Shown in pieces: positions 38,106 to 48,973 of a stretch of 64,000 nt of DNA. The stretch covers positions 192,001 to 256,000 of the forward strand of contig CAVYES010000007.1 in the NCBI GenBank assembly GCA_963767735.1, written 5' to 3'. The notes beneath the pieces were generated by a model, which was not told the origin of the DNA, did not search any database, and saw nothing but the letters and a program-made list of their open reading frames with translations. The stretch is from Candidatus Bathyarchaeota archaeon (GTDB lineage Archaea > Thermoproteota > Bathyarchaeia > Bathyarchaeales > Bathycorpusculaceae). Each line of letters begins with the position of its first letter. The first letter of the stretch is position 1. A program made the position numbers and the translations under genes.

Positions 38106-39932
38106 ATGAAAATCAGCATCAAAACAGTAATTGCTCTACTAGCCACAACGCTATGCTTAATCTTAATTCTTAACTTTGTCTCTAATTCGGTCATACAATC
38201 CAACTTTTCAAAAATAGAACAAGACCAAGTTACGCAGACCATAGGAACAACTCAGGCTGCAGTAATAAACATGGTTTCTGCGATGGACAGCGAACTGGTA
38301 ACCTGGTCCCAACTTAACAGCACTTACGAATTTATCAAAAATCTAAATAGCGAATATCAACAGACATATCTAACGATTTCTTCACTCTCAAACCTCGGAG
38401 TAAACTTTGCATTTTTCCTAAATTCAAATGGCAATTTCGTTACTGGCATGGGTCTAAACCTAACGACTATGCAGCCGATGCAAATTCCGCAAGACATCAT
38501 AACACAAATATCCACTGACAATTTGATTTGGAATTTAAAAAGCGTAGGTAGCGACATAAGAGGTTTTATCTTGACGGAAGAAGGGCCATTGATGCTAGCT
38601 TCAAGACCCGTCCTGATGACCAATGGAGCAGGACCCGCAAGAGGCGTTCTGATTTTTGCCACATACTACAATTCTAACGAAATTAAAAAGCTAACATACA
38701 TAATGAATCTCCCAATGTCTCTTGAGACTATCGCCAGTTGGGAAAAAGAAAATAACATTCAAAATTCAACCCTCTCCGCATCCTACATCATACCGGTGAA
38801 TCAACAATACATCACAGGTTATGACATAATTGACGACATAAAAGGACAACCCATATTGGCCGTTGGGGCAACAATGCCAAGAACCGTTTACGATCAAGGA
38901 TTAGCTACAGTAAGTTACATAGATCAAGTCCTTTTAGTTGCTGGAATTATATTCAGCGCTATCATAGTGTTGCTCTTAGAATTTGCCATACTCAGACGGT
39001 TAGGTAAACTCACAAACATTGCGAGTAAACTGGGAAAGCGAGAAAACCCATCTCAAGAGTTACCAGTTTCTGGAAACGACGAAATAACATGGTTAACTTT
39101 GTCATTCAACGGGCTGCTTCAGGAGATACAAAGTCAAAGTCTTAAGCTTCAAAAATCGGAAAGAATGTCGGGGATCGGTGAGCTCGCGAGGCAGATTGGG
39201 CATGACTTACGCAACCCTTTAACAAGCACCAAATATGCCACATATTATTTGAGGCAGAAAGGAAATAAGTGTACTAATGAAGAAAGAGAAAAAATGCTTA
39301 ATATTATTGAAGGTGACATAAAGCGCTCCGACAAAATCATAAACGACCTTATAGAATACTCAAGCGACATAAACCTGGAAATCGAGAAGTGCTCACCCAA
39401 ATCACTTTTGAGAGGTGCTATGCTAAAGCTTCAAGTTCCCGAGCGCATCAAAGTGGAAAATCATACTTTAGATGAGCCGATGATGTTAGCTGATGTCAGC
39501 AAAATCGAGAGAGTTTTCATGCTAATCATTAAAAATGCCATAGAAGCAATGCCTAAAGGCGGAACACTTGAAATACGGAGCACTAAAGAAGACTCAAAGG
39601 AACAGATCACTTTCATTGATACAGGAGAAGGCATACCTGCAGAAATTCTACCGAAAATTTTCTCGCCTTTGCTTACCACAAAAGCGCAAGGAATGGGATT
39701 TAGCTTGGCAATTTGCAAACGTATAGTAGATAGTCACGGAGGCAAAATAGAAGCTGAAAGCGCTGCGGGCAAAGGAACCACAATTAAAATTACTTTGCCC
39801 ATAGAACCGAAAATAAATCAAGAAGACCAAAAAGCCCAGATATCTAAACCAGACCCCTTACTTCATTATAAAAGCCTCGAATCACAAGCCGCAGTCAACG
39901 AAGCTGCCTTTCAAGGAAAAAGAACTAATTAG
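38106..39932 (+). CDS. Membrane CHASE4-HAMP histidine kinase
   Basis: TM, CHASE4-like WS....YEF and SRPVL..G.GP.RGVLIF, TM, HAMP (GNDEI), HDLRNPL, DTGEG, GMGFSL. Confidence 0.88.
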   Translation: MKISIKTVIALLATTLCLILILNFVSNSVIQSNFSKIEQDQVTQTIGTTQAAVINMVSAMDSELVTWSQLNSTYEFIKNLNSEYQQTYLTISSLSNLGVNFAFFLNSNGNFVTGMGLNLTTMQPMQIPQDIITQISTDNLIWNLKSVGSDIRGFILTEEGPLMLASRPVLMTNGAGPARGVLIFATYYNSNEIKKLTYIMNLPMSLETIASWEKENNIQNSTLSASYIIPVNQQYITGYDIIDDIKGQPILAVGATMPRTVYDQGLATVSYIDQVLLVAGIIFSAIIVLLLEFAILRRLGKLTNIASKLGKRENPSQELPVSGNDEITWLTLSFNGLLQEIQSQSLKLQKSERMSGIGELARQIGHDLRNPLTSTKYATYYLRQKGNKCTNEEREKMLNIIEGDIKRSDKIINDLIEYSSDINLEIEKCSPKSLLRGAMLKLQVPERIKVENHTLDEPMMLADVSKIERVFMLIIKNAIEAMPKGGTLEIRSTKEDSKEQITFIDTGEGIPAEILPKIFSPLLTTKAQGMGFSLAICKRIVDSHGGKIEAESAAGKGTTIKITLPIEPKINQEDQKAQISKPDPLLHYKSLESQAAVNEAAFQGKRTN

Positions 39933-40181
39933 TTATCAATTTAGACCCAAAGGAAAGATAAAATATTTTCGTTAGGTTAAAAAGTCAAGTTTTTTTTCCA
40001 TATGCCTGTAATCTGCTAGCCTATTTTGTGTTTCAGCCTTAGAAGGGAAGCTAAATCGCGATATTTTAAAAGCTCAATAGAAGAAGAAACTGGGAAAATG
40101 GTGCCTCGACTTCTTCCCCTACTAAGTCATAACTGTAAAGCTGGGCTCAATCTGCTAGTTGGTTGTGAAAGTGTTGTTTTT

Positions 40182-40883
40182 TTAAAGGTCTTTGTTTCCG
40201 ATTTGGTTATGATGAACGAAGTCTTCTATGTCGCGGCGTACTCTGAGGGTTTTGTTTGCGGTGGTTGGGTATCCTAGGCGGCATGTGTATGCGATTTTCA
40301 TGTATTCTGGGATTGCTAGAAGCTTTTTGAGTTCTGCTTCAACATGCGGTGCGGCAAAGGAACTGAGAATTTGTAAGCTAACTCCTAAAGCTTGTGCCAT
40401 TAGCCAGATGTTCTCCATAACGCAGCCTAAACTCATGAAGCCTAAAACGTCGCCTGCTGAAGCCGGTGTCCTCTTTCTCGAATCATATATCACTATTAGA
40501 AGCGTTGGGCTTCCTCTGATGGACTGAGTCAGCGGCATAGGCGTAGCTTGGCGGGCAGCCTCTGAAATTTTCGCTGGGTCTATCCACGCCGGCGGAAACA
40601 TTGAGCCCAAGATTCCAGTTTTCTTTTTCAAAAGCTCCTCTTTTGAGAAGGACAATTGTTCATAGTTTTCCCGCAGAAACTCTTCGGATATGCGTGATTT
40701 GATGTTTCCTATTTTTTCCAAAGCTACCTTGTCGTCTACAACGATTATTTCGAAGTTTTGCATGTTATGCGCTGTAGGCGCCCATCTTGCAGCCTCTAAA
40801 ATCTGTTTCAAGTCATCTTTGGGTACTGGACGGTTCGGGTCAAAGGGTACTCTTGAGGATTGTCTTTCTTGAATTATTTTCAA
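40182..40883 (-). CDS. Nitroreductase family protein
   Basis: RQSSR..F, ARWAPTAHNMQ, ENIWLMAQALG, LGYP. Confidence 0.9.
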   Translation of the reverse strand: MKIIQERQSSRVPFDPNRPVPKDDLKQILEAARWAPTAHNMQNFEIIVVDDKVALEKIGNIKSRISEEFLRENYEQLSFSKEELLKKKTGILGSMFPPAWIDPAKISEAARQATPMPLTQSIRGSPTLLIVIYDSRKRTPASAGDVLGFMSLGCVMENIWLMAQALGVSLQILSSFAAPHVEAELKKLLAIPEYMKIAYTCRLGYPTTANKTLRVRRDIEDFVHHNQIGNKDL

Positions 40884-40897
40884 GATTTCACTCGTGT

Positions 40898-41911
40898 TTA
40901 TCCCTCGCTTACTTTCAAAACTGCTCGGAAATGAACTTTCGCAGACATCATCCGTTCAAAAGCTTCAGGGGCTTGCTCCAGCGGAAACACTTCCACCATG
41001 GGGACGACATGCGTTAAGACGCTAAAGTTCAGGGTGTCAGAGGCGTTTCCTCCAACCCAACCGCTCACAGACCTGACAGCGCGCATTAGCTGAACAGGCG
41101 AAATCTGCAGGGGATCATTGACGAAAGTGATGATTATCAATTGTCCGTTGCGGGCGAGCCCTCCGACAAGCTCTGATATTGCTTTGCTGTTTGGCGCGGT
41201 ACAAAAGATAGCTCGTGCTCCTCCAAGCTTAATTAATTCTTCTGCCGCATTCGCAGTATTCGCGTCGATGTAGATTTGAGCGCCAAGCCTTCCGGCTAAT
41301 GCTTCTTTTTCTTTGCCGCGAGATATAACCGCTGTTTTTAAGCCAAGCCTTACAGCGAACTGCAGTGCTAAATGACCTAATCCGCCTAAGCCATGTATTG
41401 CAATTAAGTCGCCACCTTGGACTCTGCTACTCTTCAATGCGCCCAGCGTGGTTGCGCCTGCACATAGAAGAGGCGCTGCTTCCACTGAACTTAGCTCGTC
41501 AGGAATAACAGAGAGCACATCCATTCGGGCAACCATGTACTCGGCGTATCCGCCGTCGGTTGAGATGCCCGTTGCCAAGGGGCTTTCGCAAGCCCAATAT
41601 TCACCTTTTAGGCATGATTTGCAGCGGAGACAATGTCCGCCGCGCCATCCTACACCCACTCTTTGTCCGATCTTCCAGTAATGAGACTCTGACCCTAATT
41701 TGGCGATGGTGCCGACAACTTCGTGACCAGGCGTCCTTGGGTACTGTAAACCGGGAAAATATCCTTGTTTGACGATTGCATCTCCGTGGCAGACTCCGCA
41801 GGCGTGAACCTTAAGAAGTACTTCATGTTCTTTTGGCTCCGGAATTTCTTTTTGAACCAACTTAAAATCTCCGCCAGGAGCACAAACTTGAATCGCTTTC
41901 ATTAATGGCAT
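40898..41911 (-). CDS. Zinc-dependent alcohol dehydrogenase
   Basis: CGVCHGD, GHEVVG, four-Cys structural Zn site, LLCAG, GLGGLG. Confidence 0.95.
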   Translation of the reverse strand: MPLMKAIQVCAPGGDFKLVQKEIPEPKEHEVLLKVHACGVCHGDAIVKQGYFPGLQYPRTPGHEVVGTIAKLGSESHYWKIGQRVGVGWRGGHCLRCKSCLKGEYWACESPLATGISTDGGYAEYMVARMDVLSVIPDELSSVEAAPLLCAGATTLGALKSSRVQGGDLIAIHGLGGLGHLALQFAVRLGLKTAVISRGKEKEALAGRLGAQIYIDANTANAAEELIKLGGARAIFCTAPNSKAISELVGGLARNGQLIIITFVNDPLQISPVQLMRAVRSVSGWVGGNASDTLNFSVLTHVVPMVEVFPLEQAPEAFERMMSAKVHFRAVLKVSEG

Positions 41912-41994
41912 AAAATTCACCTTTGATTCTAATTTTACCCGTTGCCTATAAACATTATCAACATCCAAAAAAGGCAGCTTGCAGGTTTAATTTT

Positions 41995-44900
41995 TTAAGT
42001 CATTGGAAACTCTACAATGAATTGTGTGCCTTTTCCAATTTGGGTTTCAACGGACACTTTGCCGTTTAATGCTTCAGTCAGCTTCTTCACTATTGCCAAT
42101 CCGAGTCCTTGCCCTTTGGCTTTGGTTGTGAACAACGGGTTGAAAAGCTTGATTTTCACCTCTTCAGGTATCCCTGGGCCTGTATCTGTGACCGTGATTA
42201 CGACTGAGTTATTTTTGCAGGCGGCGGTTATGGCTATTTTTCCTCCTGTTGGCATGGCTTGTACAGCGTTTGAGGTCAAGTTTGTAAGTATTCTTTTCAG
42301 AAACAGCGGGTCGGTGTTTATTTTTGGAAAACCTGCTTCTATAAGGGAAGAAACTGCTATTGTCTCAGGGATAGTCACATTTAACAAAACATCTTGAACG
42401 GCTTTTTCAAGGTCTGTTTCCTGCAATTGAGGCTTGGCCGTTTTTGCATAGTCTTGGAGGTCTTGCACGATTTTGTTCACATAAGTTAACTGTTCTTCAA
42501 TGTAGCCTATGCTTTCTTTGACCTCTTCTTTCTCGGCGGAACTAGGCAACAATTCAAGGCTGGTTTTAGCCAAATATAGTTCGCCGGTAATAGATTGGAG
42601 TGGATTGCGTATATCATGTCCAACCATGCCTGCCGTTTCGCCGATGGCTGCAAGCCGTTCAGAGTCTTTAAGTTTTTTAGTTCGCTCTTCAACCAATGCT
42701 TCCAACTGTTCCGAGTACGTCTTTAACTCTTTTTCGTTTGCTTCCAACATCTCAAGCATTCTGCTGTTAGCTAAGGCAACCGAGGCAATTTCTCCAAAGG
42801 CCATTGCCATTTCGCGGTCGCGCTGGGTGAATCCTCCTGGTTTATTAGCTAACCCGATTACCCCGACCACTTTCTTTTCAATTGTCAATGGTGCAAACAA
42901 CACGTTGTCGAGCCGCACATGACCCATCGGCATGAATTTACAATATTCGCTTTGTAGAAAATCATTTTCAACCGCCGCTTCCCCAGATTTGTAGGCTTCG
43001 GCGCGAAGCCCTCGTATGGGCATAGGCAACGAAGGATCAACTGTACAAGGTCGCCCTCCTGAATCCAAGAACAGAACCTCGTTTTCTTTTCCATTTTTAC
43101 TTAAAAGGGCAACATAGCCTGCTGTTGCGCCGATTAATTCTTTGGCTCCGTCAAATATTGCTTTGGCAGAATTCTGAAATTCGTTGTTTTGAAGAACTGC
43201 CCTTGACGCTGTCAATAATGCCGAAACCTCAGAGCCACGTCGGTACGATTCGTTAAGAGAGCTGGATAAATCCTGCTGCATTTTTTTGCTCTCGGTAATG
43301 TCTCGGTTGCTGGCGCGGCGGCCTTTCCATTTGCCGTTGTCGCCGAAAGCAGCTTTACATGAATGCGAAATCCAACGTGTCTTTCCATCGCGGGTTACGA
43401 TTCGAAAATCAACGTCGTGTGTCTCTTCTGAACTCATCAAATCAAAATGTGAACCGACGATTGATTTATCTTCAGGGTGAACGATTCTTGTGAGAAGTTT
43501 GGAGTCTTTGATGAACTCGTTAGCATCGTAGCCCGTGATGCTTTTAACTGAAGGCGAAACATAAAGCATTTGCCCATCGGGTGCAATCCAGTACTCCCAA
43601 TCATACGCGAAGTCAGCGACCGTTCGAAACTTAACCTCGCTCTCTTGCAATGCTTCCTCAGCAATGGTTCTTGAAAGAGCTGATGCCAAACGGTCAGCTA
43701 TTCGCTCCCACATCTGAATCGTTTCAAGATTAAACATTCCCTTTCTCTTGTCATTTAGCTGAAGCAGCCCCAACCGGGTGTCTCCGATAGCCAAAGGAAT
43801 CAGCGCAACTGACTCGTACCCTTCGCGGTTGCAGCAGTTTCGCGTTTTTCCACGTGACTCAGCAGTTGTTGTGGCAAGAAGTAAAGTGGTATTGTTTGTC
43901 CAGAAGCTTCCTTTTTGGGTGAAGAAGTCTTTGCTTGGGTCAAATTTTCCCGATACAACGGCTCCGCACATGCATTCGATAATCGGGTTGCCTTTTGAAT
44001 CTCGGACAATGTATCCTGCATTGTCTCTTGCGCATATCTGGTTCTCAAGCCGGACATGTTCAGGCGGGAAACCTCTAGTCACATAATATGGATATTCATC
44101 TCCTTCTTTGAGCCTAATACCAACTGCTTCGCAACCAGACTGCTTCTGGAAGAAATTGGAAGCTGCCTTTACAAGCTCACGTGGGCTAGTAGTTGCATTG
44201 GCAATTCTTAGGAATTCAACCATTATATCGCGTTCGGCTTCCGCTTTCTTGCGCTCCGAAATGTCGCGGATGGCACTAACTCTTGCAGGGTACCCTTTGT
44301 AATCAATGGCCCTAGCACTTACTTCAATTGGGAAAACTGAGCCATCTTTTCTTAAAGCTAATTGCTCAAATGTGCCTTCAATCCCTTTCTGCTGCAATGC
44401 TTTGACATGGGCTCTTTGTTCGGGAGCGACAACATCCATATTATTTTTACCAATCAGTTCAGCTACTTCATACCCAAATAGCTTCGCGAATTGGTCGTTA
44501 GCATCTAAAATCTTTCCATCAGAGGTAAATACAATACCCTCAAAGGACGCCTTCGCCAAACTGGAAAACCGGTTCTCAGCCTCTTTTAGTTCTAACTCAG
44601 CTTTCTTGCTATCTGTAATATCCTCGAAGACTGCTGCAAAATAGCCTTTTGCGGGACAATAAACTGAAATTGATAGCCACATGCTTAAAGGCTTAAAGAA
44701 TACTTCAAACTTCTCTTTTTGACCTGTAAGCGCCACTCTTCCGTAAATTTCAAAAAGCTCAGGATTAGCGGCTTTGATTCCAGGTATCACCTCAGTTACT
44801 TTCTTTCCGACAACCATATCTTTTTTTAGACCTGTTATTCTTTCAAAAGCACTATTAATTTGAAGATAAACAAAGTCAACAGGCTTGCTTTTCTCATCGA

Positions 44901-47900
44901 ATATCATTTGGCAATAAGCAAAGCCGTCAATCATGTTAGAGAAAAGAGAGCTATATTCATCCTCGCTTTTCCTTAATGCTTCATCAGCTTTCTTGCGTTC
45001 AGTAATATCGCTAAACATTGCTATGTTAGATACGTGTTTTCCGTTATCGTCAAATAATGGTGAAGCGTTAACAGCTGCCCATAGAATAGAGCCATCTTTG
45101 CGCCGGAACTCTAATTCTTTATACTGAATCTGCTCATTTTCTAATCCTTTTCTCATCCGCGGAATTTGTCTTTTTTGTTCTTCTTCAGACATGAGGTCAA
45201 AGCTCGATTTCCTGAGAAGTTCATCGGTTGAGTAGCCAAACATTTGAGCTAGCCTGTTGTTAACAAAGATGTGGTTACCATCAGGTTTGGCGATGACTAT
45301 ACCTTCCGCAGATGTTTCAACAATTGTACGATACTTTTGCTCGTTTTCAGCTAACGCTTCTTCAGCTTTCTTGCGTTCGGAGATATCTTTCCAAATGGAT
45401 AATAAAGTCTCAACTTTACCATTAACGGCGAACTCAGGAACAATGACATATTGATAGCATTTCACGCCTTCTTTACTTGGAAATTCAAATTCGCCTTTTT
45501 GTTCCTTGCCAGTTTGAAAAACATTTTGGAGAATTTGGGTCCATGTTTCCGCGAATTTTTGAGGTAACGGTATTTCATGGTTTGTTTTGCCTACGAAATT
45601 CTTTGAAGTTAGTCCAGTGGTTTTTTCAAAAGCAGGATTGATGTACAAGTAGCGCAGGTTTCTATCAAGCCTTGCAATAATATCAGGAGAGTTTTCGGCA
45701 AGGGTCCTGTACTTTTTCTCTTCTCCTCGTAATTCATTTTCGTGCTTTTTCAATACATCGATATCTATGAAGGATAAAACGGCGCCGTCTATTTTGTTGT
45801 CTTCAGTTATGTAGGGTCGAACCCGCATTTCATAAGAGCGGCCCTTCTCATCGCTAACTTCCTTGTTCACTGCGTTAAGTGTTGTGATTACTTCTGAGAT
45901 GGTTTTCTCTAAATCAGGAACCGAAATGGCGAGATGCACATTAGATATTGGCAGCCCAGCGTCCGAAGCACCCAGATTCAGAATTTTTTGGGCCGAAGGC
46001 GTGAAAAGTCTAATTTTCAAGTTGCAATCCACCATTATTACGGCTGGATCAACGTTCCTGCTCAGGTTCGTTACGTTATCGTTTAGTCTTGCGAGGGCTT
46101 GATTTCGGTTCTTTAATTCGTCGTTCAGAGTGGTTAATTCTTCGTTGCTTGATTGGAGCTCTTCTTTAGCGGTTTCCAATTCCTCGTTTGTACTCTGAAG
46201 CTCCTCGTTGCTTGACTGGATTTCTTCCATGGCGGAGCTCAATTCCTCGTTGGTTGCCTCCTGAGTCTCAATAACCGTCTGCAAATACTGTTTGGAAGAT
46301 TCCAATTCTTCTTTAAGTTCGCGAATTTGACTGCTCTTAACGTTCTCGCGCCCTTCAGGCGTAGTTGAAAGCTCAATTGTCTGGCGTAGATGCGCAGCGG
46401 CTGAACTGACATCTTCAAACAATACAAGGAAGAAGGGCTCTTCGTATTGTTTTGCGCTCAGGGGCATTACCTGAATATTAATGGTCTTCGATTGGTCACC
46501 ATAATGAAAGCGTATTGCCTCTTCTTTGATGGATTTTTTCTCTTTTTTTGCTCTGTAAACTGCTGTTTGGACTTCTGGCCTCAACTCTTTCCGAATCATC
46601 TTTGCTACATTCAAACTTGCTTGCCCCGATTCGGGTGAAAGATAAGGCGTAACATTTCCGCGAAAAACAAGAATATCCAAGTTACTGTTTACCAGTAGTG
46701 CTGCAGGAACATATTCCGTTATAAGTAACTGGTCTACTTCCTCCCGTATGAGAGAAACTGAGTCTCTTTTTTCAGGCTCTTTAAGACCTGCTTTTCCAAC
46801 GTAAGGAACCCCAGCTGCAAAGCCGAAATTGACGCGGGGCTGACCCTTCTTTTTCGTGTAAATAAAACCCCTCTTGTTAACTGGTTCAAAAAGGGCGGTG
46901 GATTTGCCGATACTTTCAGATTCGCCCAGAATAAGAAAACCGTTTGGCTTCAATGCGTAATGCAGAATGGACACTATTCTTTCTTGAAGTTGCGTGTCAA
47001 AATAGATGAGCATGTTTCGGCAGCTGATGAGACTCAAGTTGGAGAAAGGGGGGTCCGCCGATAAGTCTTGTTTCGCAAATACGCATATGTCGCGAATGGA
47101 CTTTGTAATTTGATAGTTTCCGTTTGAGCTATTGAAGAATCGTTTTAGGCGATTCTCTGAGACGTTAGCTTCTATGCTCTTGGGGTATATTCCTTGTCGG
47201 GCTTTGTCAACGTTTTTTCCGTTTACATCAGTTCCGAAAATCTGAATTAGCACATCCCGCGTGTCTGTTTCTTCGAGGAATTCTTGAAGCGCGATGGCAA
47301 AGGAGTAAGCCTCTTCGCCTGTGGAGCAACCGGGAATCCACATTCTCAGCGGTTCTTTAGGCGACAGGTTTTTTAAAAGTTCAGGAAACAGTTTTTCCTT
47401 CAAAATCACGAAAGTGTCAGGTTCTCTAAAGAAGCTTGTTACGCCGATAAGCATGTCATCGAACAAGGCTTGCAGCTCAGCGGGATGTGTTCCTAAATAC
47501 TCAGCGTACTTCGTTATGTTGTCAACGTGGCTTATTACCATACGCCGAGTAACCCGCCTATTGACCACTGTTTCTTTGTAGTGAGTGAAATCTACGTTGA
47601 ATGTAGATTTTAACAGGGTGAAGATTCTTCTTAAACCCGTTTCTTTAGTGGTCTTCGGTTCCTGAGATACTATTTCAGCACGAACCAACTGAGGGTTCTT
47701 AGCGATTTTTGAAAGCTCTTTTGCAATCTTGTCAGGGTAAAGAACGAAATCGACGGCTTCAGCTGATATAGCGCTGTAAGGCATGCCCGCATATTGGGCG
47801 GACTCTGGATCCTGGGCAAAAGTGATTCCCCCCTCAGCTTTAACAGCTTTCAGCCCTTCGGTTCCGTCAGTACCCGTTCCCGAAAGCACAATCCCGATAG

Positions 47901-48354
47901 CTTGGGTTTTCCGTTCCACGGCAAGAGAACTTAAGAAAGCGTCAATTGGCCTTAGAGACTTACCCTTCGGGTTAAGCTTGAGAAAGCCATCCGCTAAAGT
48001 CATGGTTGACCCAGGCGGAATCACATAAACATAATTGGGTTCAACATGCATCCCATCCTCAACTTGGAAAACAAGCATTCTGGTGAATCTTGAAAGAATG
48101 TCAGTCAGCATGCTTTCCTGACCTGCTGCAAGATGTTGAATTATCACAAAAGCCAAACCTGTATCTACGGGCAAACTCTCAAGCAACACCTTAAACGCTT
48201 CTAAGCCGCCTGCAGAAGCACCAACTCCTACAATCGGGAATTCTTGAGGTAATTTACTTTCAGAAGAGACCTGCTTGTTCGAATCACTTTTTTTATTTTT
48301 ACTTGTAGCCAAAATGCAACGTCCAATAAGCCTGTTGTGTTCCTTGGTCTCCAA
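41995..48354 (-). CDS. CheB-CheR-PAS(n)-GAF(2)-histidine kinase fusion
   Basis: CheB GASAGG/QHL/GTGTDG; CheR VTSFFR/GCSTGEEAYS/CRN; SSNEEL coiled coil; PAS and GAF repeats; HDIRNPL; GQGLGL. Confidence 0.93.
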   Translation of the reverse strand: METKEHNRLIGRCILATSKNKKSDSNKQVSSESKLPQEFPIVGVGASAGGLEAFKVLLESLPVDTGLAFVIIQHLAAGQESMLTDILSRFTRMLVFQVEDGMHVEPNYVYVIPPGSTMTLADGFLKLNPKGKSLRPIDAFLSSLAVERKTQAIGIVLSGTGTDGTEGLKAVKAEGGITFAQDPESAQYAGMPYSAISAEAVDFVLYPDKIAKELSKIAKNPQLVRAEIVSQEPKTTKETGLRRIFTLLKSTFNVDFTHYKETVVNRRVTRRMVISHVDNITKYAEYLGTHPAELQALFDDMLIGVTSFFREPDTFVILKEKLFPELLKNLSPKEPLRMWIPGCSTGEEAYSFAIALQEFLEETDTRDVLIQIFGTDVNGKNVDKARQGIYPKSIEANVSENRLKRFFNSSNGNYQITKSIRDICVFAKQDLSADPPFSNLSLISCRNMLIYFDTQLQERIVSILHYALKPNGFLILGESESIGKSTALFEPVNKRGFIYTKKKGQPRVNFGFAAGVPYVGKAGLKEPEKRDSVSLIREEVDQLLITEYVPAALLVNSNLDILVFRGNVTPYLSPESGQASLNVAKMIRKELRPEVQTAVYRAKKEKKSIKEEAIRFHYGDQSKTINIQVMPLSAKQYEEPFFLVLFEDVSSAAAHLRQTIELSTTPEGRENVKSSQIRELKEELESSKQYLQTVIETQEATNEELSSAMEEIQSSNEELQSTNEELETAKEELQSSNEELTTLNDELKNRNQALARLNDNVTNLSRNVDPAVIMVDCNLKIRLFTPSAQKILNLGASDAGLPISNVHLAISVPDLEKTISEVITTLNAVNKEVSDEKGRSYEMRVRPYITEDNKIDGAVLSFIDIDVLKKHENELRGEEKKYRTLAENSPDIIARLDRNLRYLYINPAFEKTTGLTSKNFVGKTNHEIPLPQKFAETWTQILQNVFQTGKEQKGEFEFPSKEGVKCYQYVIVPEFAVNGKVETLLSIWKDISERKKAEEALAENEQKYRTIVETSAEGIVIAKPDGNHIFVNNRLAQMFGYSTDELLRKSSFDLMSEEEQKRQIPRMRKGLENEQIQYKELEFRRKDGSILWAAVNASPLFDDNGKHVSNIAMFSDITERKKADEALRKSEDEYSSLFSNMIDGFAYCQMIFDEKSKPVDFVYLQINSAFERITGLKKDMVVGKKVTEVIPGIKAANPELFEIYGRVALTGQKEKFEVFFKPLSMWLSISVYCPAKGYFAAVFEDITDSKKAELELKEAENRFSSLAKASFEGIVFTSDGKILDANDQFAKLFGYEVAELIGKNNMDVVAPEQRAHVKALQQKGIEGTFEQLALRKDGSVFPIEVSARAIDYKGYPARVSAIRDISERKKAEAERDIMVEFLRIANATTSPRELVKAASNFFQKQSGCEAVGIRLKEGDEYPYYVTRGFPPEHVRLENQICARDNAGYIVRDSKGNPIIECMCGAVVSGKFDPSKDFFTQKGSFWTNNTTLLLATTTAESRGKTRNCCNREGYESVALIPLAIGDTRLGLLQLNDKRKGMFNLETIQMWERIADRLASALSRTIAEEALQESEVKFRTVADFAYDWEYWIAPDGQMLYVSPSVKSITGYDANEFIKDSKLLTRIVHPEDKSIVGSHFDLMSSEETHDVDFRIVTRDGKTRWISHSCKAAFGDNGKWKGRRASNRDITESKKMQQDLSSSLNESYRRGSEVSALLTASRAVLQNNEFQNSAKAIFDGAKELIGATAGYVALLSKNGKENEVLFLDSGGRPCTVDPSLPMPIRGLRAEAYKSGEAAVENDFLQSEYCKFMPMGHVRLDNVLFAPLTIEKKVVGVIGLANKPGGFTQRDREMAMAFGEIASVALANSRMLEMLEANEKELKTYSEQLEALVEERTKKLKDSERLAAIGETAGMVGHDIRNPLQSITGELYLAKTSLELLPSSAEKEEVKESIGYIEEQLTYVNKIVQDLQDYAKTAKPQLQETDLEKAVQDVLLNVTIPETIAVSSLIEAGFPKINTDPLFLKRILTNLTSNAVQAMPTGGKIAITAACKNNSVVITVTDTGPGIPEEVKIKLFNPLFTTKAKGQGLGLAIVKKLTEALNGKVSVETQIGKGTQFIVEFPMT

Positions 48355-48539
48355 AAATAAGTAACTAGCACAATTAATATGTTATCATCATTGAACTGAA
48401 CAAGCGGTCACGATTGCCGCCGGAACCAAAATAACCTAAATTTATCTTTGCTTAGAAAAAATTATGAAAAGAAAATTAATTGATACTTGCCAAAATTTTT
48501 GCTGGTCAGAACTTTAGTTTTGGCGGCAAGTATTAACAT

Positions 48540-48911
48540 GTGTGTGCTGCCACATTGGTAGTTGAATGTATTGAGGTTGAGGCGCTAGGAATATTGGAAA
48601 GAAAAACTAAAAGCTTTCATTTCCAAGAGATGAATTGGCTAATCAGTTTTCCCGATTCAGGAAATGAGGGAAGAAAATACCTCTGCTATTCAGTAGTGTT
48701 CAAAGATTGTAAGAGGGGAAACGTAAAGTCTCAAGTTAATTTAATGGATATTGTGGATGTTGCCGAGTTTGAAAAGAATTATCCTCACACGGTGGGTTTT
48801 TTCAAAGAACCAATCGATGAAAACGCAGATTTTAGCCCTAACTATCTAGAAATAAGAGTTATCAGGTGCATCGAAGAATTCTGGAAATTTTTAAACGATT
48901 TAGATATTTAG
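48540..48911 (+). CDS. Hypothetical protein
   Basis: ORF with protein-like composition; a later TTG near 48594 preceded by GAGG is a plausible start. Confidence 0.6.
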   Translation: MCAATLVVECIEVEALGILERKTKSFHFQEMNWLISFPDSGNEGRKYLCYSVVFKDCKRGNVKSQVNLMDIVDVAEFEKNYPHTVGFFKEPIDENADFSPNYLEIRVIRCIEEFWKFLNDLDI

Positions 48912-48973
48912 ATCACATTGCCATTGAGAAAAACGTGTGAAATTTTATGAATGGAATCTGTGCGAGATTAAGT

